Source: an uncultured virus (IMG/VR IMGVR_UViG_3300020048_000069) (Duplodnaviria; Heunggongvirae; Uroviricota; Caudoviricetes). From it: a stretch of DNA of 34,232 bases. Location: IMG/VR virus record IMGVR_UViG_3300020048_000069, one strand, 5' to 3'. The first letter of the stretch is position 1, and every line of letters starts with the position of its first letter. Of this stretch, positions 8,812 through 18,780 are shown piece by piece. The notes below the pieces were generated by a model. The model had not been told where the DNA came from, ran no database searches, and saw nothing but the letters and a program-made list of their open reading frames with translations. The translations under genes were made by a program, and so were the position numbers.

Positions 8812-9069
8812 TCACGGCCAGGGCGCCGCTTTGGTCGAACATCGTGGGATACCCGTCCCCCTGATGCTGTTAAGCGGGTATCGCTCCAGCAAGTGGGCAT
8901 ATACCCTATCAAATGCTACAGTTGTTTGTTTCGCTGATATATGGGCATTCGATTGAAGTCGTTTCTTTTTTTTACCAAAAGAGATTCCCACTCGCTTTTT
9001 GCAAACGGACGAGACTTGAGCAACATCCTGAACAGCCTTCCTTGCACTTGAAAGTTTGTAGTGCACCAT
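8812..9069 (-). CDS. Hypothetical protein
   Basis: AAGGA SD; fills the operon gap. Confidence 0.4.
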   Translation of the reverse strand: MVHYKLSSARKAVQDVAQVSSVCKKRVGISFGKKKKRLQSNAHISAKQTTVAFDRVYAHLLERYPLNSIRGTGIPRCSTKAAPWP

Positions 9070-9079
9070 TGTATTTTCC

Positions 9080-9496
9080 TTAAAATAACTTTAATTGCTC
9101 TTTTTTAGCCTGCACTGCACTATAAACATCCCGGCACGCCCTGAACCGATGCTTGTATCTCATGTATCCAATGAAATCTTTCCCACCATTAAACTCCACA
9201 CCCCAGGCGCTACGTTTCGTGCCCCGCTCCGGATAAACACTACATGAAATATAAAAATCTTCACTACCCCACAAGTCAGAAAAATATTTTTCGTTAATTG
9301 TTGGTTCCTCGCTACGATCAACTAACGTTTGCAGCTCGGTAACAGTTGGCAGTCGCCAGTCCGTATATCCTCCAAGTGTCATTACTGAACAAAATCGAAT
9401 AGAGTCTGCCCAGTTTAACGATTGTGCTGTTTCTTGCTGCCACATCAGCCCGGTGGTTTCGTCGGTTACAGTACCATTGCCGTTATCTATCATCAA
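9080..9496 (-). CDS. DUF1566 (Lcl C-terminal-like) domain protein
   Basis: DNGNGTVTD..TGLMWQQ..GGYTDWRLPT..EL..AWGVEF..G..RACR. Confidence 0.85.
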   Translation of the reverse strand: MMIDNGNGTVTDETTGLMWQQETAQSLNWADSIRFCSVMTLGGYTDWRLPTVTELQTLVDRSEEPTINEKYFSDLWGSEDFYISCSVYPERGTKRSAWGVEFNGGKDFIGYMRYKHRFRACRDVYSAVQAKKEQLKLF

Positions 9497-9873
9497 TTAT
9501 CTCCCGTTGAGTTTCCATCATGAACAGCGCGGACATATAAACCGAAGTTCTTAAAGTTCCGATAGTCGTATCCGTCTCCAAAGTGTACGCACCAAGCATG
9601 CGTAGCACTATATGCGTAGATAGTTGATGTCCAATAAAATGACGAAAACGTATTAGGAAAATACACTGGATCAATCGCTGGATTACATCTGTTGTAATTT
9701 ACTAAACTTTTTAATTCCATTATAGTGGGCAGCCTCCAGCCTGTATATCCTGCCAGTTTCATGTCTGAGCAAAACCGAATAGCATCAGTCCAACACAAAG
9801 ATATTGGTGTCTCTTGCTGCCACATCAGGCCGGTTGATTTGTCTGTCACAGTACCGTTGCCGTTGTCGATCAT
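9493..9873 (-). CDS. DUF1566 domain protein (paralog)
   Basis: Same motifs; YWTST..AWCVHFGDG..YVRAV. Confidence 0.85.
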   Translation of the reverse strand: MIDNGNGTVTDKSTGLMWQQETPISLCWTDAIRFCSDMKLAGYTGWRLPTIMELKSLVNYNRCNPAIDPVYFPNTFSSFYWTSTIYAYSATHAWCVHFGDGYDYRNFKNFGLYVRAVHDGNSTGDN

Positions 9874-10045
9874 TGTTTCCCTTTTAGTTCGCATGTTATT
9901 GAATCTGCAATCACTATCAACCTGTTATTCTCAATCACCCATGCACTATCCATTGATGTTAGTATTTGATCAATAATTTCCTGATTGTCTGATTTTCGAT
10001 AATGACCGTCCATTTCCAGTTTGATTTCAATGATTGCTCTCATTA

Positions 10046-10237
10046 TTAACTCCTTGAGTTTTTAACACCATTTCGATAACCATCAATTTCTTCCTTTCTA
10101 CATACCACCATCAGATCAGCAGTCCATTGGTGGCAAATTTCAAGTGCTTCATCAATCGTTTTTTTCGTTTTCACTTTTTTCTGCAAATCATTCAATGCGT
10201 TCGTTATTCGCGATCGTGTCATGTTTTTAGCCTCCAT
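10046..10237 (-). CDS. Hypothetical protein
   Basis: ORF in the early operon; start may be 10222. Confidence 0.45.
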   Translation of the reverse strand: MEAKNMTRSRITNALNDLQKKVKTKKTIDEALEICHQWTADLMVVCRKEEIDGYRNGVKNSRS

Positions 10238-10416
10238 ACTAAACCTCTGTGAGTAATAGGATAAGTTACTTTTTCAGCGTATCCTTTTCTTACAAGCCGG
10301 TTGAGTGTTTGAGTGTCAGATTCACGGGTCTCACTCCATTCGATTTCTTTTATTTTCAACCTATCAAGCATTTTAGTTTCGAGTTTAGTCAAACGTGTTT
10401 CTACTGATTCTCCCAT
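10219..10416 (-). CDS. Hypothetical protein
   Basis: ATG at 10416 within the track ORF. Confidence 0.45.
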   Translation of the reverse strand: MGESVETRLTKLETKMLDRLKIKEIEWSETRESDTQTLNRLVRKGYAEKVTYPITHRGLVWRLKT

Positions 10417-10437
10417 AGTTTTTCTTCCCAACTCTCT

Positions 10438-11064
10438 TCAAATAGTTCGATAATTATTGCAATTATCCAAATCCAATCCGGTTGCGTATCCGCAATAATA
10501 CACCAGGTGTTTGCATTGATTGCAGTAAATCCATTTTGAGCTGCCAGCTACGACATTAATTTTATGCTTGATACTGCATCGTGGACACTGAGCAAGTATA
10601 TTAACATGTTCAATCAATATATTTTTCTGTTCTGGTTTGAGTCTGATTTTAGGAGTAACAACACCAAGTTTTCTTTTTTCTACCAGCAATTTGCGTGAGT
10701 GCGTGTTATTCCGATAGGCTCTTTTTTTGAAACATACTAAATCATAGCAATATCTTCGTAATGTAGATTTGCTCTAAAATATATTTCCACAAAAACCACA
10801 TACCTTATCGTATATAATCTGTGATCTTTGTTTTTTTAATTGTTTTTTTTCTTGTATTCTTCTGAAAGATATTTCCGTACATTCGCCAGCATGTATTCTT
10901 CTATGTGATTCAGTTACAGGTTTAAAGCAAATAACACAGATGTGTTTGCCTTTTCTATGATAGAGTTTGCGTTTTCGTGCTAACTCTCCTTTATGCCTAC
11001 ATCCAGAACTGCAATATTTACGAGATGAAGGATTGCCACAAATAACGCACGATTTATATTTCAT
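10438..11064 (-). pseudogene. Multi-Zn-finger gene interrupted by one in-frame TAG (10774-10776); paralog of 8358..8798
   Basis: Track ORFs 10774..11064 and 10438..10689 share a frame, joined by 28 sense codons; the TAG splits CGFC..F*..RRYCYDLVC. Confidence 0.65.
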
Positions 11065-11888
11065 CAGTCTCCCTCCAGGTTTTTTAAAATAAAATCACCG
11101 CAGGCTCCCGTCCGTTGTTTGATTTCATACGGATGATCTTTATGCAGACAGCACCGCATAAGCCCAGTCCATTGTAAATACTCACACGTCATACAATCTC
11201 GCAGCGTTTGTATCGCCTCTGATGGCATCCAGCACGTTATCCGATGATCGCACCAACCGCATGTCTGAGAATCTTCTGTAAAAGGCTGCGGCGCTGGATT
11301 GTTTGCCGTGATAATTTGGTATGACTTTTGTTTGAGCTCTTCAAAAACTTCTGAATCAAAATATACTCTCTCGGTGTAGATTTCAGAATTGTTTTTATTT
11401 TGAATGATGAATAAAGTTCTTCCAAGTCCGGCATATCCCATGTAACACTGAGATTGATCATGGTATATCTGATAAGTTTTCTGTACTCCGTGCTGTTGAA
11501 ATGCTTTGAATTTGTTAGCATTACATGACTTAATTTCGAGAATATGTTGTTGTCTGGTAACTCCGTGAATGATTCCGTCTGCGTGCCCTTTGAACCAACC
11601 GTCATGATCTGAAAAAGATTCTTGCTGGCCGTCCACACTGTATCCAGCGAGGCGCAGGTGGTAAATGATTTCTTCTTCTACACGGTCGCCAAATCTGAAC
11701 AACATTAAGACACGTCCATCAAGTGGAAGCGGCGTGTATCCACGGAAAGATAACCATAGCTTCCTGGTACAGGGATCTCCAATTGCCGACATCCCCAAGT
11801 ACGATCGGCGCGTCTGGTTGTCTCGTGAACGTGCGGCGGCTTCATACATCTCATTTGCAATTTTATCGAATGGTGGCATCTTGCTCAA
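11064..11888 (-). CDS. Cas4-like PD-(D/E)XK exonuclease
   Basis: YLGMSAIGDPC, GHADG..LEIKS, Q..YM, CGWC....C; recombination-module context. Confidence 0.85.
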   Translation of the reverse strand: MSKMPPFDKIANEMYEAAARSRDNQTRRSYLGMSAIGDPCTRKLWLSFRGYTPLPLDGRVLMLFRFGDRVEEEIIYHLRLAGYSVDGQQESFSDHDGWFKGHADGIIHGVTRQQHILEIKSCNANKFKAFQQHGVQKTYQIYHDQSQCYMGYAGLGRTLFIIQNKNNSEIYTERVYFDSEVFEELKQKSYQIITANNPAPQPFTEDSQTCGWCDHRITCWMPSEAIQTLRDCMTCEYLQWTGLMRCCLHKDHPYEIKQRTGACGDFILKNLEGD

Positions 11889-12730
11889 AATATCACCTTT
11901 ACATGGCTAATTCTTCCGTCTGCTATTGCTTTTACAATTGCTTTTGCATTTGATTCTTCAATATCAAGTCCTAAAATATCATCAAGAATTTCTGTGAATA
12001 TCTTAAATCTGTGTTCTTGGTTTGCAACCCGTGCAGCCTCGGCCAATGCCGCAGTTTCAACTTTTTTACGATCTGCCTCAATCCGGTCTTCAATTGCCTT
12101 AATATCTGTAAGTCTCCGGCGCTCGTCGGCATCCTTGGCAGCTTGCAGTTTCATTTCTCTTTCAATGGTGGCTCTCATTGCATCGCGTTCGGCAATCCAT
12201 TTATCTCTTTCTGCCTGTTCCAGCCTGTTTTTTTCTTTTCGTTCTTTATCATTCAACTCGGCCTGGATACGAGCTATCTCGGCTTCTTTGCGTTTGATCT
12301 CCCGTTCACGATCCCATAGTAAATTCAGTGTAATTGCGTCATCATACTCGGCATCATACTTCAACCGTGCTTCTTCATCTGCAATACGTTTTGCTTCGGC
12401 TCCCTCCCATTCGGTGAGAGGTTGGCGGACTCTATCTCTCAGAGAATCCAAGAAATCACGCGCGTACTTGCGTGATACATCGACTTTCTTCGCTCGCTCC
12501 TTCCAGTCGGCAGTAAGTTCAGCACCGAGCTTATCAAGCAGGGTTTTCGATTGCGCCACCTTATAAGCAATGGACGCAATTTCTTTTCTTCCTTTTACTG
12601 TGCTGATGTCCGGGACAATGCCCGACACCTTTCTTTCAATACCTTTTAATATCGCGTCCAGGCCGTCTGGTTCGGTGAAAATCTTCAGAGCATTCAGTGT
12701 TTTTGTCTCGATTAGTTCAAGTTCTGTCAT
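11885..12730 (-). CDS. Conserved phage coiled-coil protein (often labelled TolA-like)
   Basis: PDISTVKGRKEIASIAYKVAQSKT..VRQPLTEWE; E/R/K/A-rich. Confidence 0.7.
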   Translation of the reverse strand: MTELELIETKTLNALKIFTEPDGLDAILKGIERKVSGIVPDISTVKGRKEIASIAYKVAQSKTLLDKLGAELTADWKERAKKVDVSRKYARDFLDSLRDRVRQPLTEWEGAEAKRIADEEARLKYDAEYDDAITLNLLWDREREIKRKEAEIARIQAELNDKERKEKNRLEQAERDKWIAERDAMRATIEREMKLQAAKDADERRRLTDIKAIEDRIEADRKKVETAALAEAARVANQEHRFKIFTEILDDILGLDIEESNAKAIVKAIADGRISHVKVIF

Positions 12731-13226
12731 TTGTTTTTTCCTTTTCTCTCGATGCTGAAAAGTTTGTTTTTTCGTGATTGGCTATTTGGTTGTGAATTTG
12801 CGATAACGCATATTTACGCATTTCTACCAAAGATTCAGCCCATTGCTTCGGAGTAAAAATAGCAAACCCATCACTTTCTTTAGGATACAAAACCTTGACT
12901 TTAAACCGCATAATATCAAAAACTGTTTTATCTACTGGGTTTCGTTCGTTCGATAATTTGTACAACAAAAGAAGTCCATATATATCTGCTTTCTCTGCGA
13001 GGCGTTGTATGATTCGCGCATGTTTGTATTGTCCATGATCAATCGCTGCCTCTATGATAGCAATAGGTTCTTTAAAATTGTCTTCCCATTCGATAAAACA
13101 TGCTGAATCCAAATCAATCATAGACAGTTTTCCAGCGTCTTTGTAATCAATAAATCGTTTTATAGAATCTCGTCTATGCCAAGCAGAAAATGATAAATCG
13201 CGCGTACCATACATTTCCTTTTGCAT
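12717..13226 (-). CDS. Putative PD-(D/E)XK-like nuclease-fold protein
   Basis: IDLD..IE..PIAIIE; TGATG coupling to the upstream MTase. Confidence 0.45.
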   Translation of the reverse strand: MQKEMYGTRDLSFSAWHRRDSIKRFIDYKDAGKLSMIDLDSACFIEWEDNFKEPIAIIEAAIDHGQYKHARIIQRLAEKADIYGLLLLYKLSNERNPVDKTVFDIMRFKVKVLYPKESDGFAIFTPKQWAESLVEMRKYALSQIHNQIANHEKTNFSASREKEKTNDRT

Positions 13227-14677
13227 CAAATCCTCCAAACGATTATTTCACGAGTGAGGACAAGGCATTTTTTGTTTTCCTTCGCCCAGATAACCATTTG
13301 CGCGTTATTCTGTTGGCTTTCGTAAGGAACAGAATATCTCATTTCGACTGGCAATTTTACCATTTTTAGCATATCACCAACATGATCAGTGTAATCGTGT
13401 GTTTCATTGGTTTTCCATTGGGTAGGCTGGATGATCAGTGCTATATAAGCGTTTTCGGCTCTTGCACGTTTGAGTTTTTCGGCATACATTTTTACAAGAC
13501 TTGACAACTTTTCATTAAAAGTATCCAATTCCATATTTGCCAAATCATCAGCGTCTTGGCTGTATTGGCCTTGCGCCTGCAACCAATACGGCGGATCAAG
13601 ATAAACCAGCTTAACATCCTTCCATGTTGGCGGAGATAGAACGCCATCTTTAATATCGTGTTGACGAATATCCGAACGAATATCAACAGGTTTGCGGTCA
13701 GAAACCAGATAACGGCGCAACCTGGTTTTGCATAAATCAATTGTTGAACCTCCACCACCAAACGGGTCAATCACGATATCAAATGGCTTTGTATAGAGAT
13801 ACAGCAGGTTATCGACAAAGCTGATTTCACTATTCCCAAAGTGATTCACTTGATCACTGCGTTTCTGCTGCTTCCAAATATTGTAAATCGGCGGTTTGAA
13901 ATACTCATCCATGTGGTTTGCCTTAATCAACAACCGTTTGTCGAGTTTGTAAACGCCTAAGCTATTGGAGTCATCTTGTTCATCATCCTCAAACTGCCTG
14001 TTTTCATTGTCTTGAGTGAGTTCTGGATTTTCCGACAAAACCGGATTTTCGGCAACTGTGCCGTTTTCCCCGTTTCGTAGTAAATCGAGAAACTCACGAA
14101 TTACCTTTTCTGAATAACCGATTGCACCCGCTATTTCATCCTGCGAATAACACCCCATCCACATATTAAACGCCGTTTCCCGCAATTCAACTTTCAAATC
14201 CTTATCAATGCGGCTGGTAGTTTCCCTGATATACCGTTCAGATCGGCTATAATCTTTAGCCATATCTTTCTTGAGTTCAGCCCTGCCTTTCTGGTCAAGG
14301 CTTTCCATTTTTGCTCGATACTCATCGCGTATCAACTTTTTGAGTTCCTTTTCGGTTTGCGGTTGACCATGCCGGAAATTGGAACGTGCCGATTTGCGCT
14401 TAATAGCGTGAACATCTAACTTGCCATCAAATATAAATCCGCTGGTATCCAGATATTCCACATCAATCGTTTTAAGACCGCATTCCTTATGCGCCATCCA
14501 ACGATGCCATCCGTCTAAAAGAATATTGTCTTGATTCAACAGAATTGGCGGGAATTCTCCACCTGCAATAGACATTGCGTATTCTTGTACTTTGGCCGGG
14601 CTTTGTGACTCAGTACGGGTATAAAAATCTTTGTTAAAAACAACTTCGCTGACTATGATAGAAATAACTTCGCTCAT
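13226..14677 (-). CDS. ParB-like N-domain + DNA amino-methyltransferase
   Basis: FPPI..LLDGWHR (ParB); DPFGGGGST (motif I) followed by DPPYW (motif IV). Confidence 0.85.
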   Translation of the reverse strand: MSEVISIIVSEVVFNKDFYTRTESQSPAKVQEYAMSIAGGEFPPILLNQDNILLDGWHRWMAHKECGLKTIDVEYLDTSGFIFDGKLDVHAIKRKSARSNFRHGQPQTEKELKKLIRDEYRAKMESLDQKGRAELKKDMAKDYSRSERYIRETTSRIDKDLKVELRETAFNMWMGCYSQDEIAGAIGYSEKVIREFLDLLRNGENGTVAENPVLSENPELTQDNENRQFEDDEQDDSNSLGVYKLDKRLLIKANHMDEYFKPPIYNIWKQQKRSDQVNHFGNSEISFVDNLLYLYTKPFDIVIDPFGGGGSTIDLCKTRLRRYLVSDRKPVDIRSDIRQHDIKDGVLSPPTWKDVKLVYLDPPYWLQAQGQYSQDADDLANMELDTFNEKLSSLVKMYAEKLKRARAENAYIALIIQPTQWKTNETHDYTDHVGDMLKMVKLPVEMRYSVPYESQQNNAQMVIWAKENKKCLVLTREIIVWRI

Positions 14678-14692
14678 TATGACTCCTTTTTT

Positions 14693-16405
14693 TTAAAATG
14701 GTATTCGATCTTCACCTAAAGGTGCTTCTGTAACTTCTTGAACTGGCATTAAATAGTCGTCTGGTGGTGGCACACACCATTTTTCTATTTTCATAAATTT
14801 ATTTTCTTCACAAATAGAAACCCAGCCATTTTTTCCCAATGCGCTCTCGAATTCCTCTTTTCTCTCAATGCCCTCCTGTGCGCTGGTTGGAGGGTCATCT
14901 CCTGTAACTTTGCGCCAAGCAGCTCTACTGCGGCTTATTCCGTAAGGATGATTATCATCTCCGAGCATCATAAAGTGATTTATAAAGTGCGGGTTGATAC
15001 TACCAGGCACCCAAGCAGTAATAACCGCTTTAATCATCAAATTCCCTTTTTTGCTGACATACTTACTCATTTCTATATCGCTTATTTCGGCAATCATTGA
15101 AGCTGATTTCTGCTTCTCAAACCGATAATCCGTTAGCACCACCGGATCGTTACGTTCGGTTACAAACTCCCAGCCGCACACCATGCAAATTGTTGCTCTC
15201 GGTTCAATCACCTCGTCGCAGTTTGGACAGGTTTTAATTTTCTTTTCTTCAACCAAAAGCTCCTTCTTTTTCGATCTCCCTGGTATCTCCACACGCGGTG
15301 AATCTGGGTCTCCATGAGTCTGGCAGTTATTAGCCAAATCAAGAATCAACACGTCTTTTTTGTCTGGATGCGGACGGAGGCCACGGCCCACTTGTTGAAT
15401 AAAAACTACCGGTGACATGGTTGGACGGCACATGATAATACAGTCTATACTTGGCGAATCCCAGCCTTCACCCAAGATCGAAACGTTAATTATCACCCGG
15501 CGCCGTCCCGTTTCAAAATCATCCAGTGCTTTCAATCGTTCTTCCGGTGGCAGTTCACTATGGATGATTGTTGACTGCTCACCAAACGCCTCTTTTAATT
15601 TCTCTGCGTGAGCAATGGTTACAGCAAAAACAACAACGTGCTTACGATCTGAGGCATGTTCGTTCAAAGCCAAAACCGCTGAACCAACATGCTGTTGTTT
15701 ACTCATCACTGCTGATAAATCACCAATATTGTAGTCGCCGGTTTTCCGCACGCTTGCCAGATCAGATGAAATATCGGTTGTCGCTTTTGCTCGGTATCCA
15801 CAAAGATAACCGTCTTTTTGCAAGTCGCTTATACTGATTCTATAGTGCAAATCAGGAAATAAATTTATATTGCCTGGCTTGCAGGCGGTGCCGTAGGAAT
15901 ATCCGTGCCCTAAGCGGAAAGGCGAGCCAGTTATGCCTAAAACTCTTACTTTCGGATTATATAGAGTCATTGTTTCAAAGAACGTTTTGTATTGAGACTT
16001 AATGTTCATTGGCGAAACATGATGGCATTCATCCGTAATTATCAGATCAAAAGGTGATGTAGTATTGATCTTGTTGATCAATGTCTGGATCGTCCCGATT
16101 GTTATTGGAAGATCAGTGTTTACTATGTTTTCTACACCTTTTGATGCAATACCAATTTTATCAACAGCATCAGGCCACACTTTCAGGAGTTTGTCGCGTG
16201 TTTGGGTAATCAGGACGCTGCGCTGTGCGATAAATGCAATCCTTAAATTAGGCCATTGGATTAGTAATCGTTTCATTAATTCGCTGGCAATGATCGTTTT
16301 TCCTGCGCCGCACACGGCATAAATTAGGATAAATTGATCCGTTGGTATAGCGTCCCAAATCACCTTTAGCGCGTCTTCTTGGTATGGCCGTAATGTATAA
16401 TCCAT
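14693..16405 (-). CDS. SF2 DNA helicase (RadD/UvsW-like) with Zn finger
   Basis: LRPYQ, GAGKT, DECHH, QQVGRGLR, CPNC..CMVC. Confidence 0.9.
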   Translation of the reverse strand: MDYTLRPYQEDALKVIWDAIPTDQFILIYAVCGAGKTIIASELMKRLLIQWPNLRIAFIAQRSVLITQTRDKLLKVWPDAVDKIGIASKGVENIVNTDLPITIGTIQTLINKINTTSPFDLIITDECHHVSPMNIKSQYKTFFETMTLYNPKVRVLGITGSPFRLGHGYSYGTACKPGNINLFPDLHYRISISDLQKDGYLCGYRAKATTDISSDLASVRKTGDYNIGDLSAVMSKQQHVGSAVLALNEHASDRKHVVVFAVTIAHAEKLKEAFGEQSTIIHSELPPEERLKALDDFETGRRRVIINVSILGEGWDSPSIDCIIMCRPTMSPVVFIQQVGRGLRPHPDKKDVLILDLANNCQTHGDPDSPRVEIPGRSKKKELLVEEKKIKTCPNCDEVIEPRATICMVCGWEFVTERNDPVVLTDYRFEKQKSASMIAEISDIEMSKYVSKKGNLMIKAVITAWVPGSINPHFINHFMMLGDDNHPYGISRSRAAWRKVTGDDPPTSAQEGIERKEEFESALGKNGWVSICEENKFMKIEKWCVPPPDDYLMPVQEVTEAPLGEDRIPF

Positions 16406-16423
16406 TTCTACCTTTACTCAAAT

Positions 16424-16445
16424 CCCCCTGGGGATCCCCCAGGGG
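16424..16445 (-). terminator. GC-rich hairpin between SSB and helicase
   Basis: CCCCTGGGG-GAT-CCCCAGGGG; weak U tract. Confidence 0.4.
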
Positions 16446-16454
16446 TTCAATGTT

Positions 16455-16934
16455 TTAAACCTGCCACGGCATTTTTGTATCTGCCGGTATTGCAGTAGTC
16501 ATCGCCGCAGCCGCTACGTGTGCCGGTGGGATGTTGTTGACTGTCGTTGCCACCTTTGCGCCGTCCAGTGGTTTATATCCCGAAATCTCATTCTTCGGCT
16601 CATAATCACCGTTTTCATCGGTTTTGATCTTGACTTTGATCTGGCACTTTTTGCCGTGCAACTCCTCGGTATCGGCAATGTAGTTCGGGTTCCGGTGACC
16701 GCAGCACGTCGCCATTGTCTTGAGAATTTTCATCGAGACTTCGTTCCCCAAACTTGTTACAGTCCAGATGTGATTCGGTTTCCCGATAATCTGAAAAGTC
16801 CAGTTTATATACGGGCCTTTTTTCCCTTCTTTGATCTCCGAGTTGATGATCTCTGCCGCGTACCAACCTGGCGGAAGGAGTTCAAAGGCATCTTGTGCTT
16901 CGTACTGCGTTAAATCTACTGAAATTTGAGCCAT
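16455..16934 (-). CDS. DUF669 single-stranded DNA-binding protein
   Basis: FELLPPGWYAAEI..L.GK.CQIKVK..KNEI.GY; follows the Sak4-like gene; AGGAGG SD. Confidence 0.8.
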   Translation of the reverse strand: MAQISVDLTQYEAQDAFELLPPGWYAAEIINSEIKEGKKGPYINWTFQIIGKPNHIWTVTSLGNEVSMKILKTMATCCGHRNPNYIADTEELHGKKCQIKVKIKTDENGDYEPKNEISGYKPLDGAKVATTVNNIPPAHVAAAAMTTAIPADTKMPWQV

Positions 16935-16936
16935 AA

Positions 16937-17635
16937 TTAAATTCCTCCTAAAATTTTGTTTTTGATGTACGCTAAATCCGGTTTTTCGATCGGTGACAGT
17001 TTGCCTGAGCGGTCTTTCGCACACGATCTTTCAATTGGCTGTGTTAAAAAACACCGATGCTCTATACCATCATCTGATGCTCTTGATTCCATTAATAAAA
17101 CTTCATCAAAATAACTTGTCAACCGTTCCTTTAGAGACGATCCAGAAATTGCAGGCCCGATATATCGGCGGTTGGATTCATCTTTATCAATCGTGACAAG
17201 TCCTGTGAAAATAACAGAATGTGTTTGCAGATCACGGAAACCTTTTATTATATGAGTCATGAGATTATTGTATTCCCCCCACATGGGGAACGAGTCTGAT
17301 TTCGATGGATATTTAGACTGCATGGCCTCCACACACCTGGCCGACAATTCCGTGAGGCTATCCAAAAAAATCCAAGACCACCTTTTACCCTCCGGACTGA
17401 GGACATATTGATATGCCTCTTTCATTTCAGCGAAAGAACCAATCTCAAATCCCTCCACTTTTCCTGATCTTACAAGATCTCCGATTGCCAGTAATCCTGA
17501 TTCAGCAGATAAAACCAGAACCTTCTCATTTTCAGGAATCGTTCTGATCAAGCTGGTTTTGCCGATACCTGCTGGCCCCAGGACTAAACACGTAAATCTA
17601 TCCACAGATTCTTTAGTTATTGGTCTGAGAGCCAT
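16937..17635 (-). CDS. Sak4-like AAA_24 ATPase/recombinase
   Basis: GPAGIGKT, LSAESG, IFLDSLTE, AKDRSG. Confidence 0.85.
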   Translation of the reverse strand: MALRPITKESVDRFTCLVLGPAGIGKTSLIRTIPENEKVLVLSAESGLLAIGDLVRSGKVEGFEIGSFAEMKEAYQYVLSPEGKRWSWIFLDSLTELSARCVEAMQSKYPSKSDSFPMWGEYNNLMTHIIKGFRDLQTHSVIFTGLVTIDKDESNRRYIGPAISGSSLKERLTSYFDEVLLMESRASDDGIEHRCFLTQPIERSCAKDRSGKLSPIEKPDLAYIKNKILGGI

Positions 17636-18362
17636 TATTTGCATCCTCCTTTTTTTTTAATTTACACCTTATATTGGCTTCTCTACATCGTTTTAGTCTT
17701 TTTTCTTTTTCTTCGGCGGTTTCATTGGTTATTCTGTTTAAAAAATATCTACGTTTGTTTTCACTGCACCGCCTATCGGATTCCCTACTTTTCATGAGTC
17801 TCAATTCTCGTTTCTCAGGTGTTTCGTTCTTTTTTCTTTCAATCCAATATTGCTTGTTGTATTCAGTCTTTTCTTTTTTATGTGAAGCGTTATATTCGAT
17901 GGCCCATTTTTCTATACGATCTTTGTTATCCTGTCTATTTTCTTTAACACAAACTCTACATAATGATTCTTTCATTCTGGTTTTATATGTTTTATTAAAA
18001 GAAAAAACATCTTCACTCAAATATCGTTTACATCTATAACATTTGATATATTCTGGATGACCAGTTGCCTTAAACGCTCTTTCTCTTCTATGAAGTAAAA
18101 GATGATAAGCTCTATCTTCACAAATAACTAAATTATTTGGTGAATTATTTAGTTTAACCCCATCTACATGGTGAACAACGGCATTTTTCGGAAGTTGTTT
18201 GGCTAATATTTTTTCAGCAACAAGAATATGTTCTCTAACGTATCCATTTACATTGGCTCTTGGATTGCATTTATCAGATATTAATAGATACCCATCTTTA
18301 TCTATAGTTTTTCCGCCATTCCAATTATGATGATCTTCTTTCGGTAAAAACATCAGATACAC
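17613..18362 (-). CDS. HNH (homing-type) endonuclease
   Basis: REHILVAEK..VVHHVDGVKLNN...NL..H..H, plus CxxC pairs; AT-rich. Confidence 0.85.
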   Translation of the reverse strand: MYLMFLPKEDHHNWNGGKTIDKDGYLLISDKCNPRANVNGYVREHILVAEKILAKQLPKNAVVHHVDGVKLNNSPNNLVICEDRAYHLLLHRRERAFKATGHPEYIKCYRCKRYLSEDVFSFNKTYKTRMKESLCRVCVKENRQDNKDRIEKWAIEYNASHKKEKTEYNKQYWIERKKNETPEKRELRLMKSRESDRRCSENKRRYFLNRITNETAEEKEKRLKRCREANIRCKLKKKEDANNGSQTNN

Positions 18363-18372
18363 ATCCTTTCAA

Positions 18373-18780
18373 TCAAAACGGTATTTCGCACTCATCCTCA
18401 AGCTTCTCGAACACCACCTGCGGTGCCCCCGGCTTAATCTCCCTGCTCCAGGCGACCGCCTTTGCAAATTCTTCATTGTCATTCATTGCCGATTCAAGTG
18501 CTTTTGTGGATGATGGCTTGAACTCATAGACGAAAGTGTCGTTAAACACATCAGGAAGCAGGGTTTTCACCTGCGCCAATCTATCTTGATACCATTTGAC
18601 GTTCTCTTTCAGTTGAACTGTCACTTTGATACCGGCTTCCAACAGATGGCCGGTTTTGCTTCCGTTGCGGTACTCTGCGGCTCTCGACAGTTCGAGATTG
18701 ATCATTCTCAATTCTTCTGTCATTGCCTGCATCTGAATTTTCAATTCAGAACCTCTGACTACTAACTCCTTGGTGCCCAT
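18373..18780 (-). CDS. Recombination-module protein with acidic IPF tail
   Basis: Coiled-coil N-terminus; ends EDECEIPF; upstream of Sak4. Confidence 0.6.
   Translation of the reverse strand: MGTKELVVRGSELKIQMQAMTEELRMINLELSRAAEYRNGSKTGHLLEAGIKVTVQLKENVKWYQDRLAQVKTLLPDVFNDTFVYEFKPSSTKALESAMNDNEEFAKAVAWSREIKPGAPQVVFEKLEDECEIPF

Noticed and set aside
9080..9873. Complete diversity-generating retroelement
   Set aside because: No reverse transcriptase, Avd or template repeat seen in the window.
11064..11888. Cas4 as spacer-acquisition factor for the array
   Set aside because: It lies ~21 kb away in a standard Sak4/SSB/helicase recombination operon; nothing links it to the array.
11959..11967. 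CAATATCAA, reverse complement of spacer TTGATATTG (self-target?)
   Set aside because: A single AT-rich 9-mer is expected by chance in 34 kb, and the flanks match neither partner spacer. A full self-target search was not possible by eye.
11994..12566. 190-aa plus-strand ORF and similar antisense ORFs (e.g. 28296..28814, 16518..16913)
   Set aside because: Shadow frames of well-supported genes on the opposite strand.
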